Positions 11,515-21,263 are shown, counted from the first letter of the stretch. The stretch is 64,000 bases of DNA from an uncultured Christensenellaceae bacterium (GCA_910587795.1 CAJUNH010000001.1:246463-310462), one strand, 5' to 3'. Program-made: numbers and translations. The notes: generated from the letters alone by a model not told the origin.

Positions 11515-12546
11515 TCAAATCTTGTCTGCAATAAACATCGCGTCGCCAAAAGAAAAGAAACGGTATCCTTCGTTAACGGCGGTTTTGTATACTTCCAAAA
11601 TTTCCTCCCTTCCGCACAACGCCGAAACCAACATAATTAGAGTACTTTCGGGCAAATGGAAATTCGTAATTAAGCAATCCGCCACCTTAAACTTATAAGG
11701 CGGATAAATAAAGATTTCCGTATTGCCGCTGCACTCTTTTAAACGTCCGTTTTCGTCTGCGGCGCTTTCCAGAGTTCTAACGCTTGTCGTCCCTACGCAA
11801 ATAATACGTCTGCCTTCAGCTTTTGCCTTATTTATCGATTCGGCGGCATTTTGAGAAACGGCATAGTACTCGCTGTGCATATGGTGCTGTGTGACGTCCT
11901 CCGCTTTTACCGGACGGAAAGTACCTAGCCCAACATGCAATAATACTTCAACGATTTCCACGCCTTTTTCTTTAACCTTTTCTATCAGTTCCTTTGTAAA
12001 ATGCAGTCCCGCAGTCGGCGCCGCCGCAGATCCGTCCACCTTAGAATAAACCGTATTATAGCGCGACTTATCGCTCAGCTTTTCCTTTATATAAGGAGGC
12101 AAAGGCATTTCGCCCACTTCCGCCAAAACAGATTCGAATACTCCGTCGTAAATAAATTCCGCAATACGGCTGCCGTCCTCGCCGATACTTTCGATACGCG
12201 CTTTTAAGTTAGGAGAAAACTCGAATACTGCGCCGACTTTTGCAATTCTGCCGGGTTTTAAAATCACTTCCCATCGGGTTAAATCAAGCCTTTTAAGCAA
12301 CAAAAACTCTATCTTACCTCCGCTGCCTTCCTTTCGTCCGTAAATACGAGCAGGTAAAACTTTTGTGTTATTTACTACCAGTACGTCGCCGGCGTGCAAA
12401 TAGTCTATAATATCGTAAAATTTTTTATGCTCTATTGTTTTATTCGCTTTATTGTAAATTAAAAGACGCGAACTGTCCCTAGGTTCTACTGGAGTCTGCG
12501 CAATTAGTTCCTGCGGTAAATCGTAATAATAATCACTAGTTTTCAT
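11515..12546 (-). CDS. queA: S-adenosylmethionine:tRNA ribosyltransferase-isomerase QueA
   Basis: [17 protein letters not shown] is a canonical QueA N-terminus. Internal ATG at 12546 chosen over the 13-aa ORF-track extension. Overlaps the ruvB stop. Confidence 0.93.
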   Translation of the reverse strand: MKTSDYYYDLPQELIAQTPVEPRDSSRLLIYNKANKTIEHKKFYDIIDYLHAGDVLVVNNTKVLPARIYGRKEGSGGKIEFLLLKRLDLTRWEVILKPGRIAKVGAVFEFSPNLKARIESIGEDGSRIAEFIYDGVFESVLAEVGEMPLPPYIKEKLSDKSRYNTVYSKVDGSAAAPTAGLHFTKELIEKVKEKGVEIVEVLLHVGLGTFRPVKAEDVTQHHMHSEYYAVSQNAAESINKAKAEGRRIICVGTTSVRTLESAADENGRLKECSGNTEIFIYPPYKFKVADCLITNFHLPESTLIMLVSALCGREEILEVYKTAVNEGYRFFSFGDAMFIADKI

Positions 12547-13588
12547 TGTCGGTATCTTCGTCAATATAAATAGACAACGCCTCAAGGCGTTCTTTGGATA
12601 TTTTTTTATTTAAATGTTTATAAGCATTAGGCATACAAACACGACCGCGCGGCGTCCTTGCTAAGAAACCGAGCTGCAGCAAATACGGCTCGTAAACGTC
12701 TTCTATAGTTGCCGAATCCTCTCCCGTTGCCGAAGCAAGCGTGTCCAATCCGACGGGTCCGCCGCTAAACTTGTCTATTATTGTATTAAGAATATTCTTA
12801 TCCACAGCGTCCAAGCCCAGCGCGTCCACTTCCATAACCTGCATTGCATGGTTAGTTACGTCGCTTGTAATTACACCGTTTCCCAACACCTCTGCAAAAT
12901 CGCGTACGCGTTTAAGCAGTCTGTTTGCAATACGCGGAGTACCTCTGCTGCGGCGGGCAATTTCGTAAGCAGCTTCGTTTTCGATTGCCGTTCCCAGTTT
13001 TTTAGCCGATTTAAGTACAATTTGCTGTAATTGCTCGGCATTATATAACACCAAACGCATTTGCATACCGAATCTGTCGCGCAAAGGCGCGGCAAGATTA
13101 CCCGCTTTTGTAGTAGCGCCTATTAAAGTAAATCTTTCCAATTTAATGTTGACGCTTGTTGCGCTCGGACCTTTACCAACTACAAAGTCGAGACGGTAGT
13201 CCTCCATTGCGGGGTAAAGTATTTCCTCCAAACTGCTGCTTAAACGGTGTATTTCGTCTATAAACAGTACTTCGTTAGGTTTTAGTTTAGACAGTATTGC
13301 GGACAAGTCGAATTTGCCCGGTATTGCCGAACCGCTTGTAATTGTAATGGGCACGCCCATTTCGTTGGCAATAATATGCGCAAGCGTAGTTTTTCCTAGG
13401 CCCGGAGGACCGTACAAAAGTACGTGGTCCAAACTTTCTCCGCGCGAAATTGCCGCCTTTATGTAGACGGACAGATTTTCTTTAACTTTATCTTGCCCGA
13501 CGTAATCGGGAAACGAATGCGGACGCAGTATATTTTCCGTGTCGCGTTCCTTTTCGGTCAGTGTGCTAGTAAATAATTGTTCTTCCAT
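12536..13588 (-). CDS. ruvB: Holliday junction branch migration helicase RuvB
   Basis: 350 aa. Walker [18 protein letters not shown], RuvB winged-helix C-terminus. Confidence 0.95.
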   Translation of the reverse strand: MEEQLFTSTLTEKERDTENILRPHSFPDYVGQDKVKENLSVYIKAAISRGESLDHVLLYGPPGLGKTTLAHIIANEMGVPITITSGSAIPGKFDLSAILSKLKPNEVLFIDEIHRLSSSLEEILYPAMEDYRLDFVVGKGPSATSVNIKLERFTLIGATTKAGNLAAPLRDRFGMQMRLVLYNAEQLQQIVLKSAKKLGTAIENEAAYEIARRSRGTPRIANRLLKRVRDFAEVLGNGVITSDVTNHAMQVMEVDALGLDAVDKNILNTIIDKFSGGPVGLDTLASATGEDSATIEDVYEPYLLQLGFLARTPRGRVCMPNAYKHLNKKISKERLEALSIYIDEDTDNEN

Positions 13589-13600
13589 GTTTTGCCTTGT

Positions 13601-14194
13601 TTAATTTATTCTAAATGCCATGTTTATCAGTTCTTCGGTTGTAGACGCACCGAGCTTCGACGCTGCTTCCACAAGCTTTTCCGCATCGGCTTGACTTTTG
13701 CCTAACGACACCAATACCGCCACAGCATTTTGAACTTCCTTCGTTAACGGTACGTCCAAATTATTTACAATGGGCAAGTTAATCTCGTTAGCGTCGACAA
13801 CTACTTTTTCCTTCAATTCCAAAACAAGCCGTTCGGCTGTCTTTTTACCGAGACCTTTTATTTTGGTTAAAACTTTTGTGTCGCCGTTAAAAATAGCTAT
13901 TGCCAAACTGTTGCTGTCCAAACCGGATAAAACGGCAAGCGCAACTTTACACCCCACGCCAGATACGGACACAAGACGCAGAAACATATTTTTTTCTTCG
14001 GTAGTTGCAAAACCGAAAAGGGCAACGCCGTCTTCCTTAACCTGCATATATGTGTACAGCTTTTGTCTTTGCCCTACTTTACACTCGGCAAGGGTAAACG
14101 ACGAAACTGCAATTTCGTAACCTATTCCGTTAATGTCCATAATAACGTTATTGCCGATTGTATCTGCAATTTCGCCACATAAATAATTGTACAT
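13601..14194 (-). CDS. ruvA: Holliday junction DNA helicase subunit RuvA
   Basis: MYNYLCGEI is a typical RuvA start (internal ATG at 14194). HhH motifs (VSGVG, IKGLGKKTAERL). Confidence 0.9.
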   Translation of the reverse strand: MYNYLCGEIADTIGNNVIMDINGIGYEIAVSSFTLAECKVGQRQKLYTYMQVKEDGVALFGFATTEEKNMFLRLVSVSGVGCKVALAVLSGLDSNSLAIAIFNGDTKVLTKIKGLGKKTAERLVLELKEKVVVDANEINLPIVNNLDVPLTKEVQNAVAVLVSLGKSQADAEKLVEAASKLGASTTEELINMAFRIN

Positions 14195-14201
14195 ACTGCC
14201 T

Positions 14202-14702
14202 CTATTTAATTGAAAATTTCTCCGTAAAACCGCCGCTTTGAATATGCGTAAGCGCAACTGCCAAAGCGTCCGCAGCGTCGTCGGGACGCGGTTTCTTTTC
14301 CAAATCCAAATACACTCTTACCATTTCCTGAATTTGCTTTTTATCCGCTCTGCCGTAACCGGTCATAGCCTGCTTAATTTGCAGCGGCGTATATTCGTAC
14401 AAATTACCGCAATGATGAATCGACGCAAGCAGTAATACGCCCCTTGCGTGCGAAACGTTTATACCCGTCGTTATGTTAGTGTTAAAAAACAACTCTTCTA
14501 CAGCCACTTCGTCCGGGCTGTATTTTGAAATCAATTCCTTAACGGCTTTGTAAATTATTGCAAGTCTAACGGGAAAACTTTCCTCTTTGGGCGTAGTAAT
14601 TACGCCGTAATCCACAAGCGTTTTATGACTGAAATCGTCGTAATCCATTATGCCGTATCCAACTATTGCTAAACCCGGGTCAAAACCTATAACTCTTTTC
14701 AT
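14202..14702 (-). CDS. ruvC: crossover junction endodeoxyribonuclease RuvC
   Basis: 166 aa. GFDPGL N-terminus, catalytic acidic residues, DAADALAVAL C-terminal motif. Confidence 0.9.
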   Translation of the reverse strand: MKRVIGFDPGLAIVGYGIMDYDDFSHKTLVDYGVITTPKEESFPVRLAIIYKAVKELISKYSPDEVAVEELFFNTNITTGINVSHARGVLLLASIHHCGNLYEYTPLQIKQAMTGYGRADKKQIQEMVRVYLDLEKKPRPDDAADALAVALTHIQSGGFTEKFSIK

Positions 14703-14760
14703 ATGTACAATTCCTCATATAAAGAATATAGTAAAATATCTTAAAAGTCAAGTATAGACG

Positions 14761-14789
14761 TTGACAAACGTATCAATAAAATATATAAT
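14761..14789 (+). promoter_or_regulatory. sigma-A type promoter for the first zinc-ribbon membrane gene
   Basis: TTGACA (14761-14766), 17 nt, TATAAT (14784-14789). Confidence 0.5.
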
Positions 14790-14905
14790 AAAATTCATTA
14801 AAAACTTTTTTGCAATAATACAATTACAAATTAATATTATAATTGCATGTTTTTAGGTATCTTTTATGGATACTTATTTAAAATATAATTATAAGGAGAA
14901 TAATT

Positions 14906-15310
14906 ATGAAATACTGTACTCATTGCGGAAGCGAAATAGACGACGAAGCGGTAATATGCGTTCACTGCGGTTGCGCTGTAAGCGAAAAGAAATCGAGCAA
15001 CACCTCAAACAGCAACAGCTTAGGTAAAGTTGCATTGATATTTATGATTTTAGGCTGCGTTTTTACAGCTATAGGAGGAGTCTTCCAAGGGCTTACATCG
15101 ATTTTGGCAAATGACGGACTTGTCTTCGGCATTATCTTGACGATATGCTCCCTTTTACCGCTAGCTTGGGGAATTCCTATGATTATAAGTTTTAAACGTA
15201 AGCTTAAAAACGGCGAACCGGTAAGCACCGGTTTTAAAGTATGCACGCTGTTATTTGTAAATATAGTTGCGGGAATATTAATGCTGTGCATGCCTAACGA
15301 AAATAACTAA
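14906..15310 (+). CDS. zinc-ribbon membrane protein, CD225/dispanin-like C-terminal region (tentative)
   Basis: 134 aa. N-terminal CxxC-x14-CxxC ribbon (MKYCTHCG...CVHCGC), then two TM segments around FKRKLKNGEPVSTGFKVCTLLFVN. Good SD (AAGGAGAA). Confidence 0.6.
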   Translation: MKYCTHCGSEIDDEAVICVHCGCAVSEKKSSNTSNSNSLGKVALIFMILGCVFTAIGGVFQGLTSILANDGLVFGIILTICSLLPLAWGIPMIISFKRKLKNGEPVSTGFKVCTLLFVNIVAGILMLCMPNENN

Positions 15311-15324
15311 TAGATATAAATGCA

Positions 15325-15356
15325 AAAAGTCGCTTGATATTTAAGCGACTTTTTAC
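15325..15356 (+). terminator. intrinsic terminator
   Basis: AAAAGTCGCTT-GATATTT-AAGCGACTTTT hairpin with a T run. Confidence 0.7.
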
Positions 15357-15420
15357 TATTTACAAACAATAGTCAAAATGCATAATTGCCGTTATATTAG
15401 ATGAATTCTTGTTTAAAAAC

Positions 15421-15448
15421 TTGACAAATTGTCGAATAAAGTTATACT
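15421..15448 (+). promoter_or_regulatory. sigma-A type promoter for the second zinc-ribbon paralog
   Basis: TTGACA (15421-15426), 16 nt, TATACT (15443-15448). Confidence 0.5.
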
Positions 15449-15532
15449 TAAAGCATAGACTTTGTCGTACGGATTTGTATTTAAACATACATTATCTGTA
15501 AAGCAGAAAATTTAACTTTAAGGGGAAAAACC

Positions 15533-15874
15533 ATGAAATATTGTTCGCACTGCGGAGCAGAAGTACACGACGAAGCAGTCGTTTGTGTAAATTGCGGTTG
15601 CAAAGTTACGTCGGCAAAAACAAACCATGACGATGACACAAAAGAAACGATGAAAACGCTTATATTAGTCTTTTTGATAATAGGATGCGTAGTAGGAGCA
15701 TTCTCGCTGCTTATTCCCTTGGCTTGGTGCTTACCGATAACTTTATCTATAAAAAAACGGTTAGAAAATAACGAACCTGTAAGCACTTCATTAAAGGTAT
15801 GCGCACTGCTGTTTGTAAACCTTGTTGCAGGTATTCTGCTGCTTTGCTTAAACGATAAAGAGGATACTATTTAA
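15533..15874 (+). CDS. zinc-ribbon membrane protein, paralog of 14906..15310
   Basis: 113 aa with the same architecture (MKYCSHCG...CVNCGC; IKKRLENNEPVSTSLKVCALLFVN). SD GGGGAAAAACC. Confidence 0.6.
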   Translation: MKYCSHCGAEVHDEAVVCVNCGCKVTSAKTNHDDDTKETMKTLILVFLIIGCVVGAFSLLIPLAWCLPITLSIKKRLENNEPVSTSLKVCALLFVNLVAGILLLCLNDKEDTI

Positions 15875-15886
15875 AAAACTTTACAC

Positions 15887-15917
15887 AAAACCCGCCGATA
15901 TCAATCGACGGGTTTTG
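15887..15917 (+). terminator. intrinsic terminator
   Basis: AAAACCCGCCGATATCAATCGACGGGTTTTGTT: GC stem followed by a T run. Confidence 0.65.
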
Positions 15918-16128
15918 TTATCTGATTTTAAAAGTAGTTTGAAATTTAATTTCACATTTATGTGTAGTAATACTTTGCCGCAGCGCTTAACACTTTTTTA
16001 TTTATGAAACAACATATTACAATTCTGCTGATAATATTATTACTAACTTAAATATCGGCAATCGTTAGATATCCGCAACGACAGTAAGCGTTTGAATAAA
16101 TAACAAGCAAAAAAATCTATAAAAAGAC

Positions 16129-16869
16129 TTATTCTGCATCGTCGTCGGGCAAAGCTACGTTGTGGAAAACGTTTTGTACGTCGTCGTTGTCTTCCAATAC
16201 GTCCAGCATACGTTGGAACTTTACCAGATTATCGCCATCCAAAGTAACCGTCGTTTGAGGAAGCCAACTCATTTCAGCGGACACAAGATTCAGCCCTTTT
16301 GCCACTACGGCATCGCGTACAGACGCCAGCGCCGTAACGTCGCAAGTCATTTCTACCAGTCCTTCTTCGATAGATACGTCGTCCGCTCCGGCTTCTATAG
16401 CCAGTTCAAAAGCCGTATCTTCGTCCAAATTTACAGTGTTTTCCGCAACTACGATACCTCGCCTATCAAACATATAGCTGACGCAGTTAGTCTGTCCCAA
16501 GCTGCCGCCGTTTTTGTCAAAAGCGCAACGCACGTCTCCCGCGGTACGGTTTTTATTATCGGTAAGACATTCCACTATTACCGCACTGCCGCCGATACCG
16601 TACCCCTCGTACATAATTTCAAAGTAGTCAACGGCGGACAATTCGCCGCTTGCCTTTTTAATGCTGCGGGTTATGTTATCGTTAGGCATATTGTTTGCCT
16701 TTGCTTTTTGCACTATATCGTACAATTTACTGTTTGTATCGGGATCGGCACCGCCCGCCTTAACGGCAACTGCAATCTCACGTCCGATTTTTGTAAAAAT
16801 TTTAGAACGCGCCGCGTCTCCCTTTGCTTTTTTATTTTTAATATTATTCCATTTGCTATGACCGGACAT
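16129..16869 (-). CDS. yebC: YebC/PmpR family DNA-binding transcriptional regulator
   Basis: MSGHSKWNNIKNKK is a canonical N-terminus. GGAGG-N6-ATG at 16869; the ORF-track TTG extension was dropped. Confidence 0.9.
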   Translation of the reverse strand: MSGHSKWNNIKNKKAKGDAARSKIFTKIGREIAVAVKAGGADPDTNSKLYDIVQKAKANNMPNDNITRSIKKASGELSAVDYFEIMYEGYGIGGSAVIVECLTDNKNRTAGDVRCAFDKNGGSLGQTNCVSYMFDRRGIVVAENTVNLDEDTAFELAIEAGADDVSIEEGLVEMTCDVTALASVRDAVVAKGLNLVSAEMSWLPQTTVTLDGDNLVKFQRMLDVLEDNDDVQNVFHNVALPDDDAE

Positions 16870-16881
16870 TTTCAACCTCCG

Positions 16882-17622
16882 CTATTTTACTGATTTAGAA
16901 AAAATTTGATACATAATTACGCTGCCGGCCACCCCGACGTTCAGCGATTCGAAATTGTTTGCCATAGGTAACGATACAATACTGTCGGCATTACATTTAG
17001 AGTAAGTCGACAGTCCGTTACCCTCGTTACCCAACACCAAAGCCGAATAACTGCCGAATTGACGGTTAAAAACATTTTCGCCGTGCATATCGCAGGCAAT
17101 AATTTCCACGCCGTTAAGCAGTTGAAAAGCCTGTTCGATACTTGCGCACTCGTGCATGTTCAAACAAAAGTGTGCCGACATTGCCGACCGCAGAACCTTG
17201 GGAGAATACAAATCGGCAGAATTTGCCGCATAAATATCGGTAAAACCGCACGCCGCGGCAGTCCTCAAAAGCGTACCGACGTTACCCGGATCCTGTACGC
17301 CGTCCAATACCACGCAATTACCGTTTGAAGTCATTATACTAGACGTTTTCTTTGCCGCAACGGCTAATATGCCCTGACTGGTGACGGTATCGCTCATTTT
17401 TGCAAACACCTTATCGCTTACAACAACCTTTCCGTCATATGCATAATTATCGGCTGTGCTTTCAGCAACAAAAACCGAAACAATATCGGCGCCGTATTTA
17501 AAGGCGTCGGCAACAAGTCTTGCACCCTCTATAACATAGCGCCCGCTTATCTTACGGTATTTTTTATCGCAGAGTTTAACAACCTCTGCAACTTTTGCGT
17601 TGTCGCACGATGTAATTACCAT
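16882..17622 (-). CDS. TrmH/SpoU family RNA 2'-O-methyltransferase
   Basis: 246 aa. SpoU motifs (LDGVQDPGNVGTLLRTA, LVLGNEGNGLS, SLNVGVAGSV). Confidence 0.8.
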   Translation of the reverse strand: MVITSCDNAKVAEVVKLCDKKYRKISGRYVIEGARLVADAFKYGADIVSVFVAESTADNYAYDGKVVVSDKVFAKMSDTVTSQGILAVAAKKTSSIMTSNGNCVVLDGVQDPGNVGTLLRTAAACGFTDIYAANSADLYSPKVLRSAMSAHFCLNMHECASIEQAFQLLNGVEIIACDMHGENVFNRQFGSYSALVLGNEGNGLSTYSKCNADSIVSLPMANNFESLNVGVAGSVIMYQIFSKSVK

Positions 17623-17677
17623 ATCAATCCTTTAATAATACAAAAGGGACTTTTAATAAAGCCCCTCCAATATGCTA

Positions 17678-18031
17678 TTACTGTAACTTTGCTTTGGCTG
17701 TTTGCGTAAGCTGAGTAAACGTTGTAGGATCACTTACGGCAATTTCAGCAAGAGACTTCCTGTTAAGGTCGATATTTGCAAGTTTTAATCCATGGATAAG
17801 TTTGTTGTACGACAAACCGTTAGCCTTAGCCGCCGCGCTGATACGGGCAATCCAAAGACTTCTCATATCGCGTTTGCGAAGTCTACGTCCTACGTACGCG
17901 TAATTGCCGCTCTTCATTACCGCTTCGCGGGCAATTCGGTAGTTTGTGGATTTAAGTCCAAAATAACCTTTTGCGGCTCTAAGTATCTTTCTGCGTTTTT
18001 TAACTGCGTTTACACCACGTTTGATTCTCAT
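17678..18031 (-). CDS. rplT: 50S ribosomal protein L20
   Basis: MRIKRGVNAVKKRRKILRAAKGYFG matches L20. Confidence 0.96.
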   Translation of the reverse strand: MRIKRGVNAVKKRRKILRAAKGYFGLKSTNYRIAREAVMKSGNYAYVGRRLRKRDMRSLWIARISAAAKANGLSYNKLIHGLKLANIDLNRKSLAEIAVSDPTTFTQLTQTAKAKLQ

Positions 18032-18046
18032 GATTTATCCTCCTTC

Positions 18047-18241
18047 TTAGTACGGCAACATACTCTTAATAGTGTTAGCCTTTGTCTTATCGACGTAAGC
18101 TGTGCTACGAAGGTTGCGTGTTCTCTTAGTTGTCTTTTTGCCAAGTTTATGGTTTTTGTTGCATTGCGCGCGCTTAACTTTACCGCTCTTTAAAACGACA
18201 AATCTTTTTTTAGATGCGCTATGAGATTTTTGTTTAGGCAT
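18047..18241 (-). CDS. rpmI: 50S ribosomal protein L35
   Basis: MPKQKSHSASKKRF matches L35. Confidence 0.95.
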   Translation of the reverse strand: MPKQKSHSASKKRFVVLKSGKVKRAQCNKNHKLGKKTTKRTRNLRSTAYVDKTKANTIKSMLPY

Positions 18242-18269
18242 TTTGTATGTCCTCCAAGTGAATATTTTA

Positions 18270-18791
18270 CTAATTTAACGGAGCAAGAAACATCGAGATG
18301 TTTCTGCCTTCCGTAACAGGCTGTTTATCGATTTTTGCAACATCGGCTAAAATTTCGGCAAAACGTTTCATTACCTCTACGCCCTGACTGGCATACGCTT
18401 GCTGTCTGCCGCGCATGCGTATAGTAGCTTTAACCTTGTTGCCGTCTTTTAAAAACTTGCGCGCAATATTGGCTTTTGTATTTAAGTCGCCAACGTCTAT
18501 CGTCATCGAAAGCCAAACTTCCTTAACTTCGATAGTTTTTTGATTGCGCTTCATTTCCTTTTCTTTTTTACTTTGCTCGTACTTATACTTGCTATAATCA
18601 ATTATTTTACAAACAGGCGGTTGAGCATTAGGAACAATTTTTACCAAATCAAGCCCCTCGTCGTCGGCAATACGCTGTGCCGCCGCTGCGGAATATATAC
18701 CCAACTGCTGACCGTCGCTGCCTATCAAACGGACTTCTTTGTCCCTGATTTGACCATTGATTTGCAATTCCTTACTGTCTTTAATAATAAT
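18270..18791 (-). CDS. infC: translation initiation factor IF-3, probable AUU start
   Basis: IF-3 sequence (INGQIRDKEVRLIG...). Upstream and in frame: TAG-GAG-GAT-ACG-ATT-ATT-ATT-AAA, i.e. AGGAGG, 5 nt, ATT at 18791. The ORF track starts at an internal TTG (18767). Confidence 0.88.
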   Translation of the reverse strand: MIIKDSKELQINGQIRDKEVRLIGSDGQQLGIYSAAAAQRIADDEGLDLVKIVPNAQPPVCKIIDYSKYKYEQSKKEKEMKRNQKTIEVKEVWLSMTIDVGDLNTKANIARKFLKDGNKVKATIRMRGRQQAYASQGVEVMKRFAEILADVAKIDKQPVTEGRNISMFLAPLN

Positions 18792-18805
18792 CGTATCCTC
18801 CTACG

Positions 18806-18936
18806 GCAATAAAAAAGTGTGGTATAAGCAAAATATACCACACAATACTACACCCAATTTGGGCGTTTTAAACGTATTAGCTTACCGACGAGCGCGTTTG
18901 CACGGCGGTGAGAAGCGGTACTTCTGCTTTATTACA
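18806..18936 (-). promoter_or_regulatory. L20-leader-like transcription attenuator upstream of infC-rpmI-rplT
   Basis: Leader of about 130 nt between the promoter and the infC SD. It ends in GTGTGGTATA-TTTTGCT-TATACCACAC plus TTTTTT (18811-18843). Position and architecture match the Firmicutes L20 leader; the rRNA-mimic fold was not verified. Confidence 0.55.
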
Positions 18937-18941
18937 TGTAA

Positions 18942-18970
18942 ATTATACCAAACCGATAATTTTTTGTCAA
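18942..18970 (-). promoter_or_regulatory. sigma-A promoter of the infC operon
   Basis: Minus strand: TTGACA (18965-18970), 17 nt, TATAAT (18942-18947). Confidence 0.6.
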
Positions 18971-19070
18971 ATAAAAATTACAATCTTTTTTCAAAAAATC
19001 AATAGGTAAAATCTTATACTTTAATTATCGGTTCGGTAATCATCAATTCTTAAAACTTATATCCGCCCTA

Positions 19071-20987
19071 TTACATATCGGCAGATTTTTCGGCAATTTC
19101 TTTGGCAAGCTTTGCCGTAAACTCGTCAAAGCTTATTACTCCCAAATCTCCTTTTTTACGGTTACGCACCGCAACTGTTCCGGATTCGCGCTCCTTTTCT
19201 CCCAAAACAAGCATATACGGAATCTTTTTAAGCTGCGCTTCGCGTATGCGGTATCCCATTTTTTCGTTACGGTCGTCAACGCTTGCGCGAATACCCAATT
19301 TAAGAAGACGGTCGCAAACCGAATGAGCGTAATCGATTTGACTCTCTGCGATGGGAACAATTTTAACCTGTTCGGGGGCAAGCCACAAGGGAAAAGCTCC
19401 CGCATAGTGTTCTGTTAAAATTGCAATAAATCTTTCGATACTGCCGAATACCACACGGTGAATCATTACCGGTCTGTGCTTTTCGCCGTCCTGCCCTACG
19501 TAAGTAAGATCAAAACGTTCGGGCATTTGGAAATCCAACTGAATAGTACCGCACTGCCAAGTACGTCCAATGCAGTCCTCCAAATGGAAATCGATTTTCG
19601 GTCCGTAAAACGCACCGTCGCCTTCGTTGATTTCGTAATCCTTACCCAATGTATTTAAGGCTCGTTTTAATGCATTAGTTGCCGTTTCCCACTGTTCGTC
19701 GGTTCCCATGCTGTCCTCAGGACGTGTAGACAGTTCCAAACTGTACTTAAATCCGAAAATACTGTAAAAACGGTCAATCAGCCTTACAACGCCTTCTATC
19801 TCGCTTTCGATTTGTTCGGGTGTCATAAAGATGTGCGCGTCGTCCTGCGTAAAGCATCTTACGCGCATAAGTCCGTGCAATGCGCCGCTAAGTTCGTGAC
19901 GGTGTACCTGCCCAAGCTCGCCGACGCGTTCGGGTAAATCGCGGTAACTGTGCGGCTTACGTTTGTATACCAACATTCCCCCGGGGCAATTCATAGGTTT
20001 AATAGCGTAATCGTCGTCGTCGATTTTTACAACATACATATTGTCCTTATAATGATCCCAGTGTCCGCTGCGGTGCCACAAATCCTGATTTAAAATCATA
20101 GGCGTACGTACTTCTTCGTATCCAGCCTTTATATGTTCTTCGCGCCAAAACGTTTCCAACTGGTTGCGCAATATCATCCCGTTAGGAAAGAAGAACGGAA
20201 AACCCGGACCTTCGTCAAAAATATCGAACAAGTCCAGTTCTTTTCCCAACTTGCGATGGTCGCGGCGTTTAGCTTCTTCCAGACGCATAATATATTCGTC
20301 AAGTTCGGCTTTCTTTTCAAACGCAGTACCGTAAATACGCGTCAGCATCTTGTTCTTAGTATCTCCGCGCCAATATGCACCGGCAATGCTGGTAAGCTTA
20401 AACACCTTTAATTTGCCAGTAGACGGCATATGGGGACCTCTGCACAAATCAACGTAGTCGCCCTGCCTGTAAAGCGATACCGTGTCCGCATCCAACTCGC
20501 TTAAAATTTCCACCTTATACATATCGCCGTGCTTTTTAAACAACTCGATAGCTTCCGTACGGGAAATTTCTTCGCGTACAATGGGTAAATCCAGCTTAAC
20601 GATATTGTTCATTTCGGTTTCGATCTTATCTAAATCTTCGGGAGCAATCTGCGCGCCCTCAAAATCTATATCGTAATAAAAGCCGTTTTTTATTGACGGA
20701 CCGATTGCAAATTTAGCATTTTTCCAAATATGAGATATTGCCTGTGCCATTAAGTGAGCTGTCGAATGACGAAGAACGGTAAGCCCCTCCTCGTCTTTTA
20801 GCGTATGCACTTTATAGTTTGCGTCTTTATCTATAATTTTCGATAATTGACACATAACACCGTCAATCTCCGCGCAAACTGCATTACGCGCAAGTCCTTG
20901 CGAAATACTTTCCGCAACTTGCAAAGCCGTTACCGCTCCTTCAAACTTTTTAACGCTGCCGTCGGGCAATGTAACTCTAACAGACAT
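19071..20987 (-). CDS. thrS: threonine--tRNA ligase
   Basis: About 638 aa. TGS domain, editing-domain HxxxH, class II motifs. Start MSVRVTLPDG after AAAAGGAGGATTAAT; the 8-aa ORF-track extension was dropped. Confidence 0.95.
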   Translation of the reverse strand: MSVRVTLPDGSVKKFEGAVTALQVAESISQGLARNAVCAEIDGVMCQLSKIIDKDANYKVHTLKDEEGLTVLRHSTAHLMAQAISHIWKNAKFAIGPSIKNGFYYDIDFEGAQIAPEDLDKIETEMNNIVKLDLPIVREEISRTEAIELFKKHGDMYKVEILSELDADTVSLYRQGDYVDLCRGPHMPSTGKLKVFKLTSIAGAYWRGDTKNKMLTRIYGTAFEKKAELDEYIMRLEEAKRRDHRKLGKELDLFDIFDEGPGFPFFFPNGMILRNQLETFWREEHIKAGYEEVRTPMILNQDLWHRSGHWDHYKDNMYVVKIDDDDYAIKPMNCPGGMLVYKRKPHSYRDLPERVGELGQVHRHELSGALHGLMRVRCFTQDDAHIFMTPEQIESEIEGVVRLIDRFYSIFGFKYSLELSTRPEDSMGTDEQWETATNALKRALNTLGKDYEINEGDGAFYGPKIDFHLEDCIGRTWQCGTIQLDFQMPERFDLTYVGQDGEKHRPVMIHRVVFGSIERFIAILTEHYAGAFPLWLAPEQVKIVPIAESQIDYAHSVCDRLLKLGIRASVDDRNEKMGYRIREAQLKKIPYMLVLGEKERESGTVAVRNRKKGDLGVISFDEFTAKLAKEIAEKSADM

Positions 20988-21036
20988 ATTAATCCTCCTT
21001 TTAAACGACATATCTTACTGTCTTTGTTTATTAAAT

Positions 21037-21257
21037 AAAAAAATCCCTATGAGAATATACCTCATAAGGACGAATATCTGATCCGTGGTTCCACCTTATT
21101 TGACGGCAATGCCGTCCGCTTAATCATCCCCACTGTCGCAAGGGAACGCGCATCTGTTCGAGTGGTATTTAACGGTTTTGTTTGCGGCAATCTCAGCACC
21201 TGCCGCTCTCTGTATAACTACGTCCGTCAAACGTGTCTCAACCAATAATGTATTTAT
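21037..21257 (-). promoter_or_regulatory. T-box riboswitch leader (Thr, specifier ACC) controlling thrS
   Basis: Minus strand contains AGAGAG...GGTGCTGAGA (stem I motifs), specifier context AAATACCACTCG, and the T-box sequence AAGGTGGAACCACGG (21083-21097). It ends in terminator CCTTATGAG-GTATATT-CTCATAGGG plus T7 (21037-21070). Confidence 0.85.
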
Positions 21258-21263
21258 GCAACG

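Noticed and set aside
12547-12585. N-terminal extensions in the ORF track for queA, ruvA (14195-14257), thrS (20988-21011), yajC (9916-9978), csp (44466-44543), the ABC subunit (51062-51133), murD (31343-31369), the collagen gene (46182-46226), yebC, yqfD and spo0A
   Set aside because: In each case an internal ATG or GTG is preceded by a good Shine-Dalgarno and gives the canonical family N-terminus. The extensions start at weak TTG/ATG codons without an SD and often overlap the upstream gene.
15430-15436. 0A boxes (TGTCGAA) inside promoter spacers at 15430-15436 and 44427-44433, and inside the M-box at 42546-42552
   Set aside because: A 7-mer is expected roughly 8 times by chance in 64 kb on two strands. 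The M-box occurrence shows that chance hits occur here. Only the box upstream of the spo0A-like gene is mentioned, and with low confidence.
16162-16893. 243-aa plus-strand ORF covering the whole yebC locus
   Set aside because: It is antisense to an unmistakable YebC/PmpR gene. Its sequence is low-complexity and Cys/Phe/Arg-rich, with no SD. This is a typical shadow ORF.
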